64,000 nucleotides of DNA from Deltaproteobacteria bacterium CG11_big_fil_rev_8_21_14_0_20_45_16 (GCA_002787535.1 PCXB01000037.1:3814-67813); one strand, 5' to 3'; shown: positions 27,305 to 38,173, counted from the stretch's first letter. Notes: a model not told the origin generated them from the letters alone. Made by a program: numbers and translations.

Positions 27305-30175
27305 ATGCCCAAAGACAGCTTAAACTCTGCGCAAAAAGAGGCGATCGAGGCTCGTAGCGGCAACCTCTTGATACTTGCAGGCCCTGGCACGGGCAAGACT
27401 CGTGTAATCACCCAAAAAATTGCCGATCTCGTAGAGTCGGGCATAGCTCCAGAACGCATTTTAGCCGTCACCTTTTCTCGCAAAGCCACCCAAGAAATGG
27501 AAGAGCGTCTTGCACAGCATGCTCCGCGCCTCACAGAATTTGTTCAAATTTCTACTCTTCATGCCTGGTGCGTAAACCTCATTCAGAATCATGGATTTCG
27601 ACTCGGCATCGGACGCAAAGTTCGCCTCATGACGGAATCTCAATCTCAGCTCATTTTGAGACAATTGGCCGGGCGTTTACAATTGGAACGTCTAAGTAAA
27701 AGCTCTTTCATCGACAATCTTATTGGGGAGCTGCTGACGTTTTTTCAAGATTGCAAAGATGAGGGTGTCTGGCCTGAAGACTTGCTCCAGTTTGCTCAAG
27801 CCTTGCCGGGAGATGATGACGACCAACTTAAAATTAAAGAAGAATGGTGGGTGCTTGGAGATGTCTATAATTCTCTTCAGTCTTATTGTTTTGAGAATGG
27901 CCTTATTGATTTCGGAGATGCCCTATTGGGAAGCGTCCGACTCCTTGAGGAACATCCCCTTGTGCGCCAACAAGTTCAGGCAGAACTTGATGCCATCTTA
28001 GTGGATGAGTTTCAAGATACGAATTGGATTCAAATTAAACTTCTTAGATTAATAGCTCATCCTGAAGCGCACGTGGCCGTCGTGGGTGATGATGATCAAG
28101 CCATTTATCGATTTAGGGGGGCCTCCTATTCAGCTTTTCAATTTTTTGAAGCAGCCTTTCCGAATACGAAAGTTGTAGAACTGACTGAAACCTACCGTTT
28201 ACCGCCCGCCATTGTGCGGGCAGCTTCTGATCTGATCAAGGCCAATGGAACGAATCGCTTTCGGCCAGACAAAAAACTTATCTCAAAATCAGAAATTAAA
28301 GAAAATGTTCAGGTGATTCAAAGCTCCGACTATGAGCAGGAAGCCGCTTGGGTCGTCCGCGAAATCTCGAAACTCTTGCAGTCTGGAGTGATGCCATCTG
28401 AAATTGGAGTTTTGGTTCGCGCTCACAATCATGCCGAACTTTTTGCGCAGGAAGCTAAGCGCTTAGGTCTTCCCATCCAGAGCGTGTCGCATGAGGCTCT
28501 TTTTGATCAGAGTATTGTGCAAGATCTCGTTTCAATATTACTCCTCGTACAAAATCCTGAGGATTCGATTTCGTTTCTGAGACTCTTAGATAGTCCCTTT
28601 TTGGGGTTGGGATCTTCCGAAATTTTTAAATTTTGTCAGTGGGCGGGTAAACAGCGAAAACCCTATCTTGAACTTCTGGCTGAAATTGAAAATTCCTCAC
28701 TTAAGCCAGAAACAATTGCCAAAATTCAGAGTTTTAAAAAATTGTATGAAGAGATTAGTGCCGATTCTCATCGCCTTCCCGCCTCCTCTCTGCTTTCGAA
28801 AATCTACGAAGAATCCGGAGCCGTCAAATACCTTATGCTGACGGACAAAGCTTCGCTTACAAAGCTGGCGGACTTTCATCGCCAACTTGTCGAATGGGAA
28901 AGGCTCCAAGAGCGTAAAGAGCTGCAAGCCATTCTCCCACTCATTCTCTCCATTGCCAGACATGAGACTCAGCTTCAATCCGAAGAAAGGGAATTTGATC
29001 TTTCTGAGGAAAGTATAAAAATTCTCAGCGTCCACTCAAGCAAGGGCTTAGAGTTTGAGTATGTTTTTATTCTGAGTCTTGTGGGCCGAAGATTTCCAGG
29101 TAATTTCAAAACTCATAGTTGGCTTGTACCCAACGAACTCCGAAAGGAGAAAGCTCCCGACAAAGCCTCACACATCGAAGAGGAACGACGGCTTCTCTAT
29201 GTTGGCATGACCCGGGCCAAGAAGCAGCTATACTTAAATTGTCTGTCTAAAAAAGGAACAAAACCCAGCTTATTCGTGACTCAGGACATTTGTCCCGACC
29301 CGAAGCTTTGTAGTTGGATCAATTGGATTGAATTGCCCGCTGAAGCAAGCGCCCAAAAATCCTACGAGCAACTAACAAGATTATTCGAGAGAGTAGAAAA
29401 AACCTGCGAGCAACCCAAAAAATCTCAGGCTGAGAGTTTGCAACTCTCCTACACACAACTCGAGAAATATGATCGCTGTCCTTTGGCCTACTGGTTTTCC
29501 TACGTATTGCGCATTCCTACGCCCGCCACAGCAAGCCTTGTCGTTGGGTCGGCCGTTCACGAAGCTTTGGAGCGATTTTTTAAAGCCATTCAAAAAGATG
29601 AGTCGCCAAACAAAGAATCTATCCTGCAGTATTATGAAGAAGCTTACGCCCGCGAGTATAATGCAGGTCCATTGATCACAGAACGAGATCATGACCTTGG
29701 TAAGCAAGCTCTTGATTCGTTTTATGATGCCAATACTCCTAAATTTCCAAAACCCATGGCTTTGGAGAAAGCCTTTTCGTTTGAAATTGGCGGACACCAA
29801 GTTCGTGGAAAGATTGACCGGGTGGATGCCATAGACGCATCCGATGAAGTTTTAATTATCGATTATAAAACCGGGAAGAGTAGAAGTAATGAGAAGGAAT
29901 CAGACTTAGACTTTGCCAAAAAATCTTTGCAATTTTCAATTTACGCCCTGGCAGCCCAAAAGTGCTTCGACTGGAAGGTTCGAGAATTTCAATTTTTATA
30001 TGTCTATGACAACCTCGTTTTGAGTACGACCCGCGACGCTCAGCAAATAAAAGATACGGAGAAAAAGATTTTGGAAATTGCCGAGCAGATTCAGGCCGAA
30101 AATTTTGAAGCCCGACCAGCGATGCACTGTCGTTATTGCGAATTTAATCGTCTTTGCCCTTCAGCAAAGCTTTGA
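27305..30175 (+). CDS. UvrD/PcrA-family SF1 helicase fused to a C-terminal PD-(D/E)xK nuclease with a Cas4/AddB-like Fe-S cysteine cluster
   Basis: Walker A (LILAGPGTGKT), UvrD motifs (VDEFQDTN, VGDDDQAIYRFRGA, TYR, VHSSKGLEFEYVF). C-terminal IDRVDAIDASDEVLIIDYKTGK nuclease core plus a C...CRYCEFNRLC cysteine cluster. Confidence 0.75.
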   Translation: MPKDSLNSAQKEAIEARSGNLLILAGPGTGKTRVITQKIADLVESGIAPERILAVTFSRKATQEMEERLAQHAPRLTEFVQISTLHAWCVNLIQNHGFRLGIGRKVRLMTESQSQLILRQLAGRLQLERLSKSSFIDNLIGELLTFFQDCKDEGVWPEDLLQFAQALPGDDDDQLKIKEEWWVLGDVYNSLQSYCFENGLIDFGDALLGSVRLLEEHPLVRQQVQAELDAILVDEFQDTNWIQIKLLRLIAHPEAHVAVVGDDDQAIYRFRGASYSAFQFFEAAFPNTKVVELTETYRLPPAIVRAASDLIKANGTNRFRPDKKLISKSEIKENVQVIQSSDYEQEAAWVVREISKLLQSGVMPSEIGVLVRAHNHAELFAQEAKRLGLPIQSVSHEALFDQSIVQDLVSILLLVQNPEDSISFLRLLDSPFLGLGSSEIFKFCQWAGKQRKPYLELLAEIENSSLKPETIAKIQSFKKLYEEISADSHRLPASSLLSKIYEESGAVKYLMLTDKASLTKLADFHRQLVEWERLQERKELQAILPLILSIARHETQLQSEEREFDLSEESIKILSVHSSKGLEFEYVFILSLVGRRFPGNFKTHSWLVPNELRKEKAPDKASHIEEERRLLYVGMTRAKKQLYLNCLSKKGTKPSLFVTQDICPDPKLCSWINWIELPAEASAQKSYEQLTRLFERVEKTCEQPKKSQAESLQLSYTQLEKYDRCPLAYWFSYVLRIPTPATASLVVGSAVHEALERFFKAIQKDESPNKESILQYYEEAYAREYNAGPLITERDHDLGKQALDSFYDANTPKFPKPMALEKAFSFEIGGHQVRGKIDRVDAIDASDEVLIIDYKTGKSRSNEKESDLDFAKKSLQFSIYALAAQKCFDWKVREFQFLYVYDNLVLSTTRDAQQIKDTEKKILEIAEQIQAENFEARPAMHCRYCEFNRLCPSAKL

Positions 30176-30840
30176 TTTAGGCGATCAAGAATTTCATATG
30201 ATATTCCCGTCAGATCCCTAAAATCATAAATTAACCAATCCGGCCCATGATCAATCAACTGGCTATCTCCTGCAAATCCATAGGCTGCGCCAATTCGGCG
30301 CATTCCCATCGAAGCAGCCGCGTGCATATCGTGGATACTATCACCAACATAGGCACTTTTCTCGGAGGGTCGGCGCAAAGCACTCAGTGTATGTAACAAG
30401 ATATCAGGCTCTGGCTTATACCGCATGCCTGGATCGGTTCCCTGAATATGATCAAAATAGTGATCAATTTTTAATTTATTAAGAACTCGAAGTGCTTGCA
30501 TAGAATGTTTCGTTGTCGCTACGGCCAATCCAAAATTAGGACGAAGCTGATCAAGAGTTTCTAAGACTCCTTCATATAAGCTTAGACCGGCCTCACCTTC
30601 ATGCTCGTGATACCATCTATATTCTGTGATAAATTGGTTAAGTTCTTCGTCATTAAACGGAATTTGATTCTGTTCCATCGTTTCTTCGTAAGATTTTCGA
30701 AGATCTTGTTGTGTCACTCGAACCGAATCAAAAGTTATTTTCGCGAATCCAATACGATCAAAAGCATATCGAACGGAGTCCAAGATACACTGGCGAGAAT
30801 CCGCCAGTGTACCATCCAAATCAAAAATTAAGCTTGGCAT
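30133..30840 (-). CDS. HAD-superfamily hydrolase, phosphoglycolate phosphatase-like
   Basis: Motif I (FDLDGTLADS) and a C-terminal GDSxHD motif (VGDSIHDMHAA). Confidence 0.7.
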   Translation of the reverse strand: MPSLIFDLDGTLADSRQCILDSVRYAFDRIGFAKITFDSVRVTQQDLRKSYEETMEQNQIPFNDEELNQFITEYRWYHEHEGEAGLSLYEGVLETLDQLRPNFGLAVATTKHSMQALRVLNKLKIDHYFDHIQGTDPGMRYKPEPDILLHTLSALRRPSEKSAYVGDSIHDMHAAASMGMRRIGAAYGFAGDSQLIDHGPDWLIYDFRDLTGISYEILDRLNQSFAEGQRRLNSQ

Positions 30841-30846
30841 TTAAAA

Positions 30847-31254
30847 TCAAAGCCCAAGAGTGGACCAAACATTTCCGAGACTTCCTGCAACCAGAACAAC
30901 AAGAATAATTCCGATAAAAAAGAAAGCGTCTGAGATTTTTTCGATCCATGGCTTGGATGCTCGCTGCGCAAAATATGAAATAATGGCAGACAAGCAAAAA
31001 GCGACGGTTCCAACGCCGATATAGGTTTTAATCCCTAAATCAAGGTTCGCACCCATTACAAGAGCTAATAGGCCCATTCCGGCGGCGTTTGTTGAGCTAG
31101 TTAATAATGGACGTTGAGATCGGCCACCACGACCGCCATGGCCTCCAGATCGATGCCCACCGCGATAGCCACCCCCTTGGCCTCCCCCTCCGGAGCGATG
31201 TCGTCGTTGATTGTTTTGATTATAAGGTCGATTGTCACGATTTTCTTCATTCAT
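30847..31254 (-). CDS. Small membrane protein with an Arg/Gly-rich (RGG-box-like) disordered N-terminus
   Basis: N-terminal RRHRSGGGGQGGGYRGGHRSGGHGGRGGRS, followed by two or three TM helices. Confidence 0.4.
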   Translation of the reverse strand: MNEENRDNRPYNQNNQRRHRSGGGGQGGGYRGGHRSGGHGGRGGRSQRPLLTSSTNAAGMGLLALVMGANLDLGIKTYIGVGTVAFCLSAIISYFAQRASKPWIEKISDAFFFIGIILVVLVAGSLGNVWSTLGL

Positions 31255-31347
31255 AAGGCATTCTCACTCTGTCTTAAAGCAGACAGTTCTAGTTAATATT
31301 TATAATTTCTCCCATAGCCCTGCATAAAACAAGCGGGCTTAGAAAGC

Positions 31348-32268
31348 CTATTCCATAGATTGCGGCTCATCATAGTAAAGATGCTTTGGGCCCGACAAAT
31401 AAAACTTTGCCTTTAAAGCTCTTTCAACCTCTTTTTCAACCCAAGCCGCTACTGCCAATAAACGAGCAACAGACACCCCTGTCTTGAAGCCAAGGCCCTC
31501 CAGAAGCCAACAAACCTCTTCGGTAGCCACGTTTCCAGAAGACCCCGTTGCATAAGGGCATCCTCCAAGCCCACCAATCGAGGCATCAAAAACCCTCACG
31601 CCCTGGCCGAGAGCTTCCCGAATATTAACAATAGCCATGCCTCGAGTATCGTGAAGGTGAGCCGCAATCTTGCGAATATCAAATCCTTTTTTTAATAAGC
31701 CAAAGACCGAAGCGATTTGGCGTGGATGAGCCACTCCGATTGTGTCGCCAATAGAAATCTCGTCGGCACCCATCTTGAAGAGTCTTTCGGTGACTTTCAA
31801 ACATTTCTTAGGATCTTGAAAGCCTTCATAAGGACAACCGAAGACCGTAGAAATATAACCTCGAACCCGGATCTTCTTCCTTTTAGCTTCACCAACAATG
31901 GGCTCAAATTGATCTAAGGACTCCTCAACGGATCGATTGATATTCTTTCTCGTAAAGGCATCGCTCGTGGCACTAAAGACCGCGATCGATTTGACCCCTG
32001 CCTGCAAAGCAACTTCGAAACCTTTTTGGTTGGGAACCAAAAAACATAAATCAGCCGATTCCGACCTCAAACTATCCCAAATCTCATCTGAATTTTCCAT
32101 TTGAGGAATTGCTTTGGGAGACACAAAACTTCCTCCTTCCAAAAACCTCAGGCCGGTCCCGATTAATTTACGAATGAGCTCGACCCTCTTTTCTGTGGAT
32201 AAAATTTTCATTTCATTTTGAAGCCCATCGCGCGGACCAACCTCAACAATTTTCACTTCTTCTGACAT
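31348..32268 (-). CDS. Hydroxymethylglutaryl-CoA lyase
   Basis: VEVGPRDGLQNE N-terminal signature and a DRE-TIM lyase fold. Position matches liuE/mvaB in leucine catabolism operons. Confidence 0.85.
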   Translation of the reverse strand: MSEEVKIVEVGPRDGLQNEMKILSTEKRVELIRKLIGTGLRFLEGGSFVSPKAIPQMENSDEIWDSLRSESADLCFLVPNQKGFEVALQAGVKSIAVFSATSDAFTRKNINRSVEESLDQFEPIVGEAKRKKIRVRGYISTVFGCPYEGFQDPKKCLKVTERLFKMGADEISIGDTIGVAHPRQIASVFGLLKKGFDIRKIAAHLHDTRGMAIVNIREALGQGVRVFDASIGGLGGCPYATGSSGNVATEEVCWLLEGLGFKTGVSVARLLAVAAWVEKEVERALKAKFYLSGPKHLYYDEPQSME

Positions 32269-32272
32269 CTTG

Positions 32273-34066
32273 CTATTCCAATTCTATTAAGCTTTCATCT
32301 GGCGGTACCTGCTGCCCTTCGGTTACCAAAATTTTGGATACCTTTGCATTGTGAGAACATTTAATTTTGTGTTCCATTTTCATGGCCTCAAGAATAATGA
32401 GAGCCTCTCCTTTTTTTAGATTTTGACCTTCTCTGACGAGAATTTTGATAATCTTTGACGGCATCGGGCTCTTAATAAGTTTTTCCAGAGAAGCCTCATC
32501 TTGAACTGAAGAAGAGGGACTCAAGTTTTTCCTGGGACGTGGTATCGACCAATCCGTAAAACTTAGATGAAAGTAACGTTGATTTTCGAAATCCATCCAC
32601 CAAGCTTCAGAGGCGGGCGACGAATCTAGCCCACCCCAGGGTGAGTGAAGATCCAAATCTTCATGAGAGTCCGACTCCACAAAATGTCGTGGATCACCTT
32701 GAAGGTCTTGAAAGCTTCGCAGGGCTTCTAAAAGATTAAAGTGATACGGAAAACTTTCAAGCATCCGAGTTGAAAGTTTTCCCTTAGAAAAAGATTCCGA
32801 CTTTAAAATCTGCAAAAGATAGGCACGATTCGTTGTCGGGCCCATCACGCATAGTGTCTCAAGCCCTGTGATCATTTTCTCAATCGCCTCGCTGCGATTT
32901 TTCCCATGGCTAATGATTTTTCCCAGCATAGAATCAAAATCCGAGCCAATGACGTTATTTTCAGCGTAACCAAAGTCCACTCTCAGATTTTCATCCGGCA
33001 ACCGAAGGTAATGGATTTTTCCTCCGCTTGGCAAAAAATCTTTAGCTGGATCCTCCGCACACAAGCGAACCTCGATCGAATGCCCGTTTGTCCCTGACTT
33101 CACATTCTCCAATTTTTCATTTCGACTAACACGCAATTGACACTCCACAAGGTCGATTCCCGTGACTGCCTCGGTAACCGCATGCTCCACCTGAAGTCTT
33201 GTATTCACTTCCAAAAAGTAAATCCCGTCGTTCCCATCCCAAATCCATTCAACCGTACCCGCCGATTCGTAATTTACGGCTCGAGCAATTTTAATCGAAT
33301 GATCAAATATCTGCTTTCGAAGTTTTTCAGAAATAAAATTGCATGGCGTTTCTTCAATAAGCTTTTGATGTCGCCTTTGCATACTGCACTCACGTTCGCC
33401 AAGCACATGAACATTCCCAAATCGATCCGCCAAAATTTGAACTTCAATATGTCGCGCCGGATCGACAAACTTCTCCAGAAATATTCGATCGTCATTGAAG
33501 CTGGCTTTAGAAGTTCGTTTAGAGGAGTCCACGGCCTCCTCGAGATCCGCCGCTCGCTTAACCCGAAACATTCCCTTCCCACCTCCACCGGCCGACGGCT
33601 TTACAAGAAGTGGATAGCCCAAGTTGCTCGCCTCAGCCTTGAAACGATCTATCGACTGATCATCCCCCTCGTAAGAGGGTAAAAGTGGAATATTAAGAGT
33701 TTGTAAAAAGCGCCGCGACCCAATTTTATCACCAAGCTTCCGCATGCTCTCTGGTCGGGGTCCCACAAACTCAAGTCCTGCCGCCAATAGTTTTTCAACA
33801 AAGTCGGCATTCTCCGACAAAAATCCATAACCAGGATGCAAATGCGTGGCCCCCATTTCCTTGGCGGTTTGAATTACGATTTCTGAATTCAGATAAGCAT
33901 CCCGAGAATTGTCACAGCGGATCAGTTTCGCGCGATCGGCCTCTCTAACAAATGGCAGATCCTTATCGACCACAGCAAAACCAACGCAAGTCGGAATTCC
34001 CATCCGACTCGCTGACCGAATGATGCGTCGTGCGATTTCTGATCGATTGGCAATATAAAGCTTCAC
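32273..34066 (-). CDS. Methylcrotonyl-CoA carboxylase alpha subunit (biotin carboxylase plus BCCP)
   Basis: ATP-grasp biotin carboxylase domain and a C-terminal biotinyl domain with EAMKME. Confidence 0.8.
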   Translation of the reverse strand: MKLYIANRSEIARRIIRSASRMGIPTCVGFAVVDKDLPFVREADRAKLIRCDNSRDAYLNSEIVIQTAKEMGATHLHPGYGFLSENADFVEKLLAAGLEFVGPRPESMRKLGDKIGSRRFLQTLNIPLLPSYEGDDQSIDRFKAEASNLGYPLLVKPSAGGGGKGMFRVKRAADLEEAVDSSKRTSKASFNDDRIFLEKFVDPARHIEVQILADRFGNVHVLGERECSMQRRHQKLIEETPCNFISEKLRKQIFDHSIKIARAVNYESAGTVEWIWDGNDGIYFLEVNTRLQVEHAVTEAVTGIDLVECQLRVSRNEKLENVKSGTNGHSIEVRLCAEDPAKDFLPSGGKIHYLRLPDENLRVDFGYAENNVIGSDFDSMLGKIISHGKNRSEAIEKMITGLETLCVMGPTTNRAYLLQILKSESFSKGKLSTRMLESFPYHFNLLEALRSFQDLQGDPRHFVESDSHEDLDLHSPWGGLDSSPASEAWWMDFENQRYFHLSFTDWSIPRPRKNLSPSSSVQDEASLEKLIKSPMPSKIIKILVREGQNLKKGEALIILEAMKMEHKIKCSHNAKVSKILVTEGQQVPPDESLIELE

Positions 34067-34068
34067 AA

Positions 34069-34857
34069 TTACTTTAAATCTTCACGCCAACTCGGTTTAC
34101 GCTTCTCAAGAAATGCAGTCATACCTTCCTGCGCTTCACTTCCGATCCTTACCTCCGATAATATTTTGGAGGTTTTCTCGCAAACACTTTCTTCCCAGAG
34201 CGGATGCCCCTGAAGATTTCGAATCAATTTCTTCGCGACTTTGACAGCCTGAGGCCCAGCCATTCCCAATTCGTTCAAATAATCCTGGCAAACACTGTTT
34301 AAGGATGCCACCGGAACTACTTCATGAACCAACCCTATGCTACGAGCTTCAAGGGCCGAAAATCTTTTTCCAGTGAGATAAAATCGGCGAGCCTGGCTCA
34401 TTCCGATTTTTCGCATGACCAAGGGCCCAATCGTCGCAGGCAAAAGTCCAAGTTTAACCTCCGACAAAGAGAATAACGCTTTTTCATCCGCAATGACGAT
34501 ATCGCTACCGGCGACCAAACCAACGCCGCCACCAAAGGCGCCTCCTCTTACGAGGCTGATCACGGGAACAGGGCATTCATCAAGGGCATGAAGCATTTGC
34601 GCTAAGGCTAGCGTATCCTCTTCATTTTCTTTCGCCGACTTCTTAAGCGAACTTTTCATCCAATTGAGATCACCACCAGCACAATAAAAATCGCCGCTTC
34701 CTTTAATAACGATGGCGCGACATTTCGAATCGATGTTCTCAAAAAAACTTAAAAGCTCAGAAATCATTTCAGCATTCATTGCATTTTTGACTTCGGGTCG
34801 ATTAAGCTGAAGTCGCCAAACAGCTTCAGATTTCTGAATTTCTAAATTCTTATACAT
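34069..34857 (-). CDS. Enoyl-CoA hydratase / methylglutaconyl-CoA hydratase
   Basis: Crotonase fold (GSGDFYCAGGDL, GGAFGGGVGL). Confidence 0.75.
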   Translation of the reverse strand: MYKNLEIQKSEAVWRLQLNRPEVKNAMNAEMISELLSFFENIDSKCRAIVIKGSGDFYCAGGDLNWMKSSLKKSAKENEEDTLALAQMLHALDECPVPVISLVRGGAFGGGVGLVAGSDIVIADEKALFSLSEVKLGLLPATIGPLVMRKIGMSQARRFYLTGKRFSALEARSIGLVHEVVPVASLNSVCQDYLNELGMAGPQAVKVAKKLIRNLQGHPLWEESVCEKTSKILSEVRIGSEAQEGMTAFLEKRKPSWREDLK

Positions 34858-34873
34858 TCAAATCTCTCCCCAC

Positions 34874-36559
34874 TTACATTCGAAAGACACCGAACTCCGT
34901 ACTTTCAATTTCCGCATTCAAACTAGCTGACAAGGCAAGCGCGAGAATTTGTCGAGTTTCAATCGGACTAATAATTCCATCATCCCAAAGTCGCGCACTC
35001 GAATAATAAGCGCTTCCTTCACTTTCATATTTTTCCGATATCTTCGCCTTAAATTCTTTTTCCGATTCTTTCGTATCCTTGTTCTTCACCGACCAAAGCA
35101 CATGTGCGGCTTGTTCACCTCCCATGACGGATATTTTGGAATTGGGCCACATAAACATAAATCTTGGCTGGAAGGCTCGGCCACACATTCCATAGTTTCC
35201 AGCCCCAAAAGATCCTCCGACAACAAGAGTAATCTTAGGAACATTCGCATTAGAAACAGCGCTCACAAGCTTGGCCCCATCTTTAGCAATGCCGCCAGCT
35301 TCATATTTGGTTCCAACCATAAAACCGGTAATATTCTGAAGAAAAACCAGCGGGATTTTTCTCTGGGCACAAAGCTCTATAAAATGACAGCCTTTAAGCG
35401 CCGATTCCGAAAACAAAATACCATTATTAGCGATCACTCCAACCGGATAGCCATGAAGATAAGTGAAAGCACACACAAGTGAGCTCCCATAGAGTGGTTT
35501 AAATTCCTCGAACTCCGATCCGTCAAAAATCCTGGCGATCAGCTCCCGAATATCAAATGGCGTACGAAGATCTTTTGGGAGGATTCCTAATATTTCCTCT
35601 GCCGAATACTCAGGCTCTCGTGGCTTTTTAACATCAAGGCCAATGCGTTTTTTACGATTGAGTTGGCTCACCAGTTGACGGGCCAGCTTCAAGGCCTCTT
35701 CATCATTGGCGGCCATATAATCGGACACACCACTTGTTCTCGTATGAACATCCGCTCCTCCCAGTGTTTCGGCATCAACATCTTCTCCCGTCGCCGCTTT
35801 CACGAGAGGTGGGCCACCAAGAAATATCGTTGCCTGGTTCTTGACCATAATCACTTCATCACTCATAGCCGGGACATAAGCCCCACCAGCCGTACAACTT
35901 CCCATCACTACGGATAGCTGGGGAATGCCTTTAGAGGACATACGCGCCTGATTATAAAAAATTCTACCAAAATGATCACGATCCGGAAAAACTTCAGCTT
36001 GCATCGGCAGAAAGGCCCCACCCGAATCCACCAGGTAAAGGCAGGCCAAATTATTCTCTAAGGCGATTTCCTGGGCACGAAGATGCTTTTTTACCGTCAT
36101 GGGGAAGTAAGTGCCGCCCTTAACCGTGGCATCATTAGCAATGATCATCACTTCCTGCCCTGAAACTCTCCCCACACCAGTTACCATTCCAGCTCCAGGG
36201 GCTGATCCTTCATAGAGATCATGGGCTGCAAATTTACCAATTTCCAGAAATGGAGACCCAGCATCCATCAAGCGATGAACGCGGTCGCGCACAAAGAGCT
36301 TCCCACGACTCTCATGCTTCATTCGAAGATCCGCTCCACCTCCGACTTCTAAATCTTTACTGAGCTTGTGATGCCGCTCCAATAAGCTTCGGTGAAAGCT
36401 CTGATTTTCCTTAAATTCATCAGACTGTGGATCAAGCTGCGTTTTCCAAAATCCCATTCTCAAAAAACTAATCAAATTTACCCGATATGACACCAACAGA
36501 TTTTGACTTAGAGTGGCGAATCCACTAGCTAAAGTTGCCATGAAACCCGCCCGACTCAT
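34874..36559 (-). CDS. Methylcrotonyl-CoA carboxylase beta subunit (carboxyltransferase)
   Basis: Two carboxyltransferase domains. Start is ambiguous; the track start overlaps znuA, and an internal Met (MGFWKTQ, about 36457) is more plausible. Confidence 0.8.
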   Translation of the reverse strand: MSRAGFMATLASGFATLSQNLLVSYRVNLISFLRMGFWKTQLDPQSDEFKENQSFHRSLLERHHKLSKDLEVGGGADLRMKHESRGKLFVRDRVHRLMDAGSPFLEIGKFAAHDLYEGSAPGAGMVTGVGRVSGQEVMIIANDATVKGGTYFPMTVKKHLRAQEIALENNLACLYLVDSGGAFLPMQAEVFPDRDHFGRIFYNQARMSSKGIPQLSVVMGSCTAGGAYVPAMSDEVIMVKNQATIFLGGPPLVKAATGEDVDAETLGGADVHTRTSGVSDYMAANDEEALKLARQLVSQLNRKKRIGLDVKKPREPEYSAEEILGILPKDLRTPFDIRELIARIFDGSEFEEFKPLYGSSLVCAFTYLHGYPVGVIANNGILFSESALKGCHFIELCAQRKIPLVFLQNITGFMVGTKYEAGGIAKDGAKLVSAVSNANVPKITLVVGGSFGAGNYGMCGRAFQPRFMFMWPNSKISVMGGEQAAHVLWSVKNKDTKESEKEFKAKISEKYESEGSAYYSSARLWDDGIISPIETRQILALALSASLNAEIESTEFGVFRM

Positions 36560-37415
36560 TACCCTCCTTCTAGCAATTTGGTCACCTTGGAGGCCTGTAG
36601 GGGGAGCTGAACCGATTGAAATTGTATGCTCGATTAAGCCCGTTGCCTTAATTCTCGCCGAAGTTCTGCCAAAATCAGCCTTCAGGCTTACAACTCTTGC
36701 GCCCCTCGCTGCTTCGGCACACTATTTTGAACTTAAAACTTCGGATGCAATGAAGCTTAGTTCAAGCCCTTGGGTTTTTTATCTCGGCAAAAGTCTCGAC
36801 AGCTGGATTCTTGGCGCCAAAAAGTCACAGGCCATCGCCCTTATGAGTTTTTTGCCAGAACATGAATTTCTTTACATAAAAGATGAACATACGGGTCGAC
36901 AAAGCCCGGATCCCCACTTTTGGCTTGATCCCTTGGCTGTCAAAGCCGTTCTTCCCAAACTTACCGAAAATCTTTGCGGCAATTTCGAATCTCATTGCCC
37001 TCAAATCAAATTAAATAACCAAAACTTTTCTCTTCAGCTTCAGGAGATTACAAAATCAATTGGGAGCGAATTCGCTCAGACGTCTGTCAAAGGACGCGGG
37101 ATTATTACCGCCCATGACTTTTTAGGTTATTTTGCGCGTCGTTTTGAAATCACCTATCTGGGCTCGATAGAAGAATTGCCGGGCAAAGAGGCAGGACCCA
37201 AAAAATTAATTAGCTTGATCGAACTCGCCAAGTCCCATCATCTTAAGACAATCTTTTCGGAGCCTCAAATTGCAGATCGATCCATAAAAAACCTAGCGGA
37301 GGCTGCCAAACTTCAAATCATCGCCTTGGATCCCGTTGGCGCTTCCAAAGAGATCAAAACCTATGCAGACCTCATTCGTTTTAACGCCCGAGAAATTCAT
37401 AGGGGTATGGAATGA
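36540..37415 (+). CDS. znuA: Metal (Zn/Mn) ABC transporter substrate-binding protein, ZnuA/TroA-like
   Basis: Signal peptide ([15 protein letters not shown]) and a cluster-9 SBP fold with conserved His/Asp positions. Confidence 0.7.
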   Translation: MKPARLITLLLAIWSPWRPVGGAEPIEIVCSIKPVALILAEVLPKSAFRLTTLAPLAASAHYFELKTSDAMKLSSSPWVFYLGKSLDSWILGAKKSQAIALMSFLPEHEFLYIKDEHTGRQSPDPHFWLDPLAVKAVLPKLTENLCGNFESHCPQIKLNNQNFSLQLQEITKSIGSEFAQTSVKGRGIITAHDFLGYFARRFEITYLGSIEELPGKEAGPKKLISLIELAKSHHLKTIFSEPQIADRSIKNLAEAAKLQIIALDPVGASKEIKTYADLIRFNAREIHRGME

Positions 37416-38173
37416 ACCAGGGGAATGAAATGAACCAGGCACTCGCCATTCAGTGTCGAGACATCACTTTGCGCATTCAAAATCAACCCATTTTGGAATC
37501 GATTAATCTGGCTATACCCAGCGATCGCTTCTTATCGATCGTTGGTCCTAATGGGGCCGGAAAATCCATGCTTATCAAAATTATTCTTGGTCTCACGACG
37601 CCAAATACTGGGAAGATTTTGGTTCTCGGCCAGCGACCCCAAAACCTTATCCCGTGCGATGTTGGCTATGTCCCCCAACGCAAAGCCTTTGATTCACGGT
37701 TTCCTGCCAAAACAGAGGAGTTAGTTCTCTCTGGCAAAACTCACCGCTGGCCTTTTTTTATAAACTCGCAACAAAAGCATGATGTAAGAGACGCCCTATC
37801 TCGATTGCAATCTGAACATCTTTACGGAAAATCCGTTCACGAACTTTCGGGCGGTGAGCTGCAGCGTGTATTTTTGGCCAGAGCCTTTATAGAGCCCAGA
37901 AAAATTTTGATTCTCGATGAGCCCGCCGCGGGCATCGATACTTTTGGCGAATCGGATTTATACAAAATTTTAGAAGACTACCGTGACGATACTAAAGCGC
38001 TTGTGATCTTAGTCACCCACGATTTGGAAGTGGCCCTCCATCATTCCTCAGATGTTCTTTTGATTAATAAAAAGCAGATCGCCTTCGGAAATCCTCCAGA
38101 AACTTTATCCCAAGAAAATATTCACCGAGCTTTTGGACACTCAATGCATGAACACCATGGGAGCCATGAGTAG
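37412..38173 (+). CDS. znuC: Metal ABC transporter ATP-binding protein
   Basis: Walker A (GPNGAGKS), ABC signature (LSGGELQR), Walker B (ILILDEP). ATGA overlap with znuA. Confidence 0.75.
   Translation: MNQGNEMNQALAIQCRDITLRIQNQPILESINLAIPSDRFLSIVGPNGAGKSMLIKIILGLTTPNTGKILVLGQRPQNLIPCDVGYVPQRKAFDSRFPAKTEELVLSGKTHRWPFFINSQQKHDVRDALSRLQSEHLYGKSVHELSGGELQRVFLARAFIEPRKILILDEPAAGIDTFGESDLYKILEDYRDDTKALVILVTHDLEVALHHSSDVLLINKKQIAFGNPPETLSQENIHRAFGHSMHEHHGSHE

Noticed and set aside
37412-37441. A tandem duplication aatgaaccagg x2 at the znuC start ([10 protein letters not shown]) as a repeat or phase-variation element
   Set aside because: It is only a 12-15 nt direct duplication, in frame, with no homopolymer. 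It may simply mark alternative start codons.
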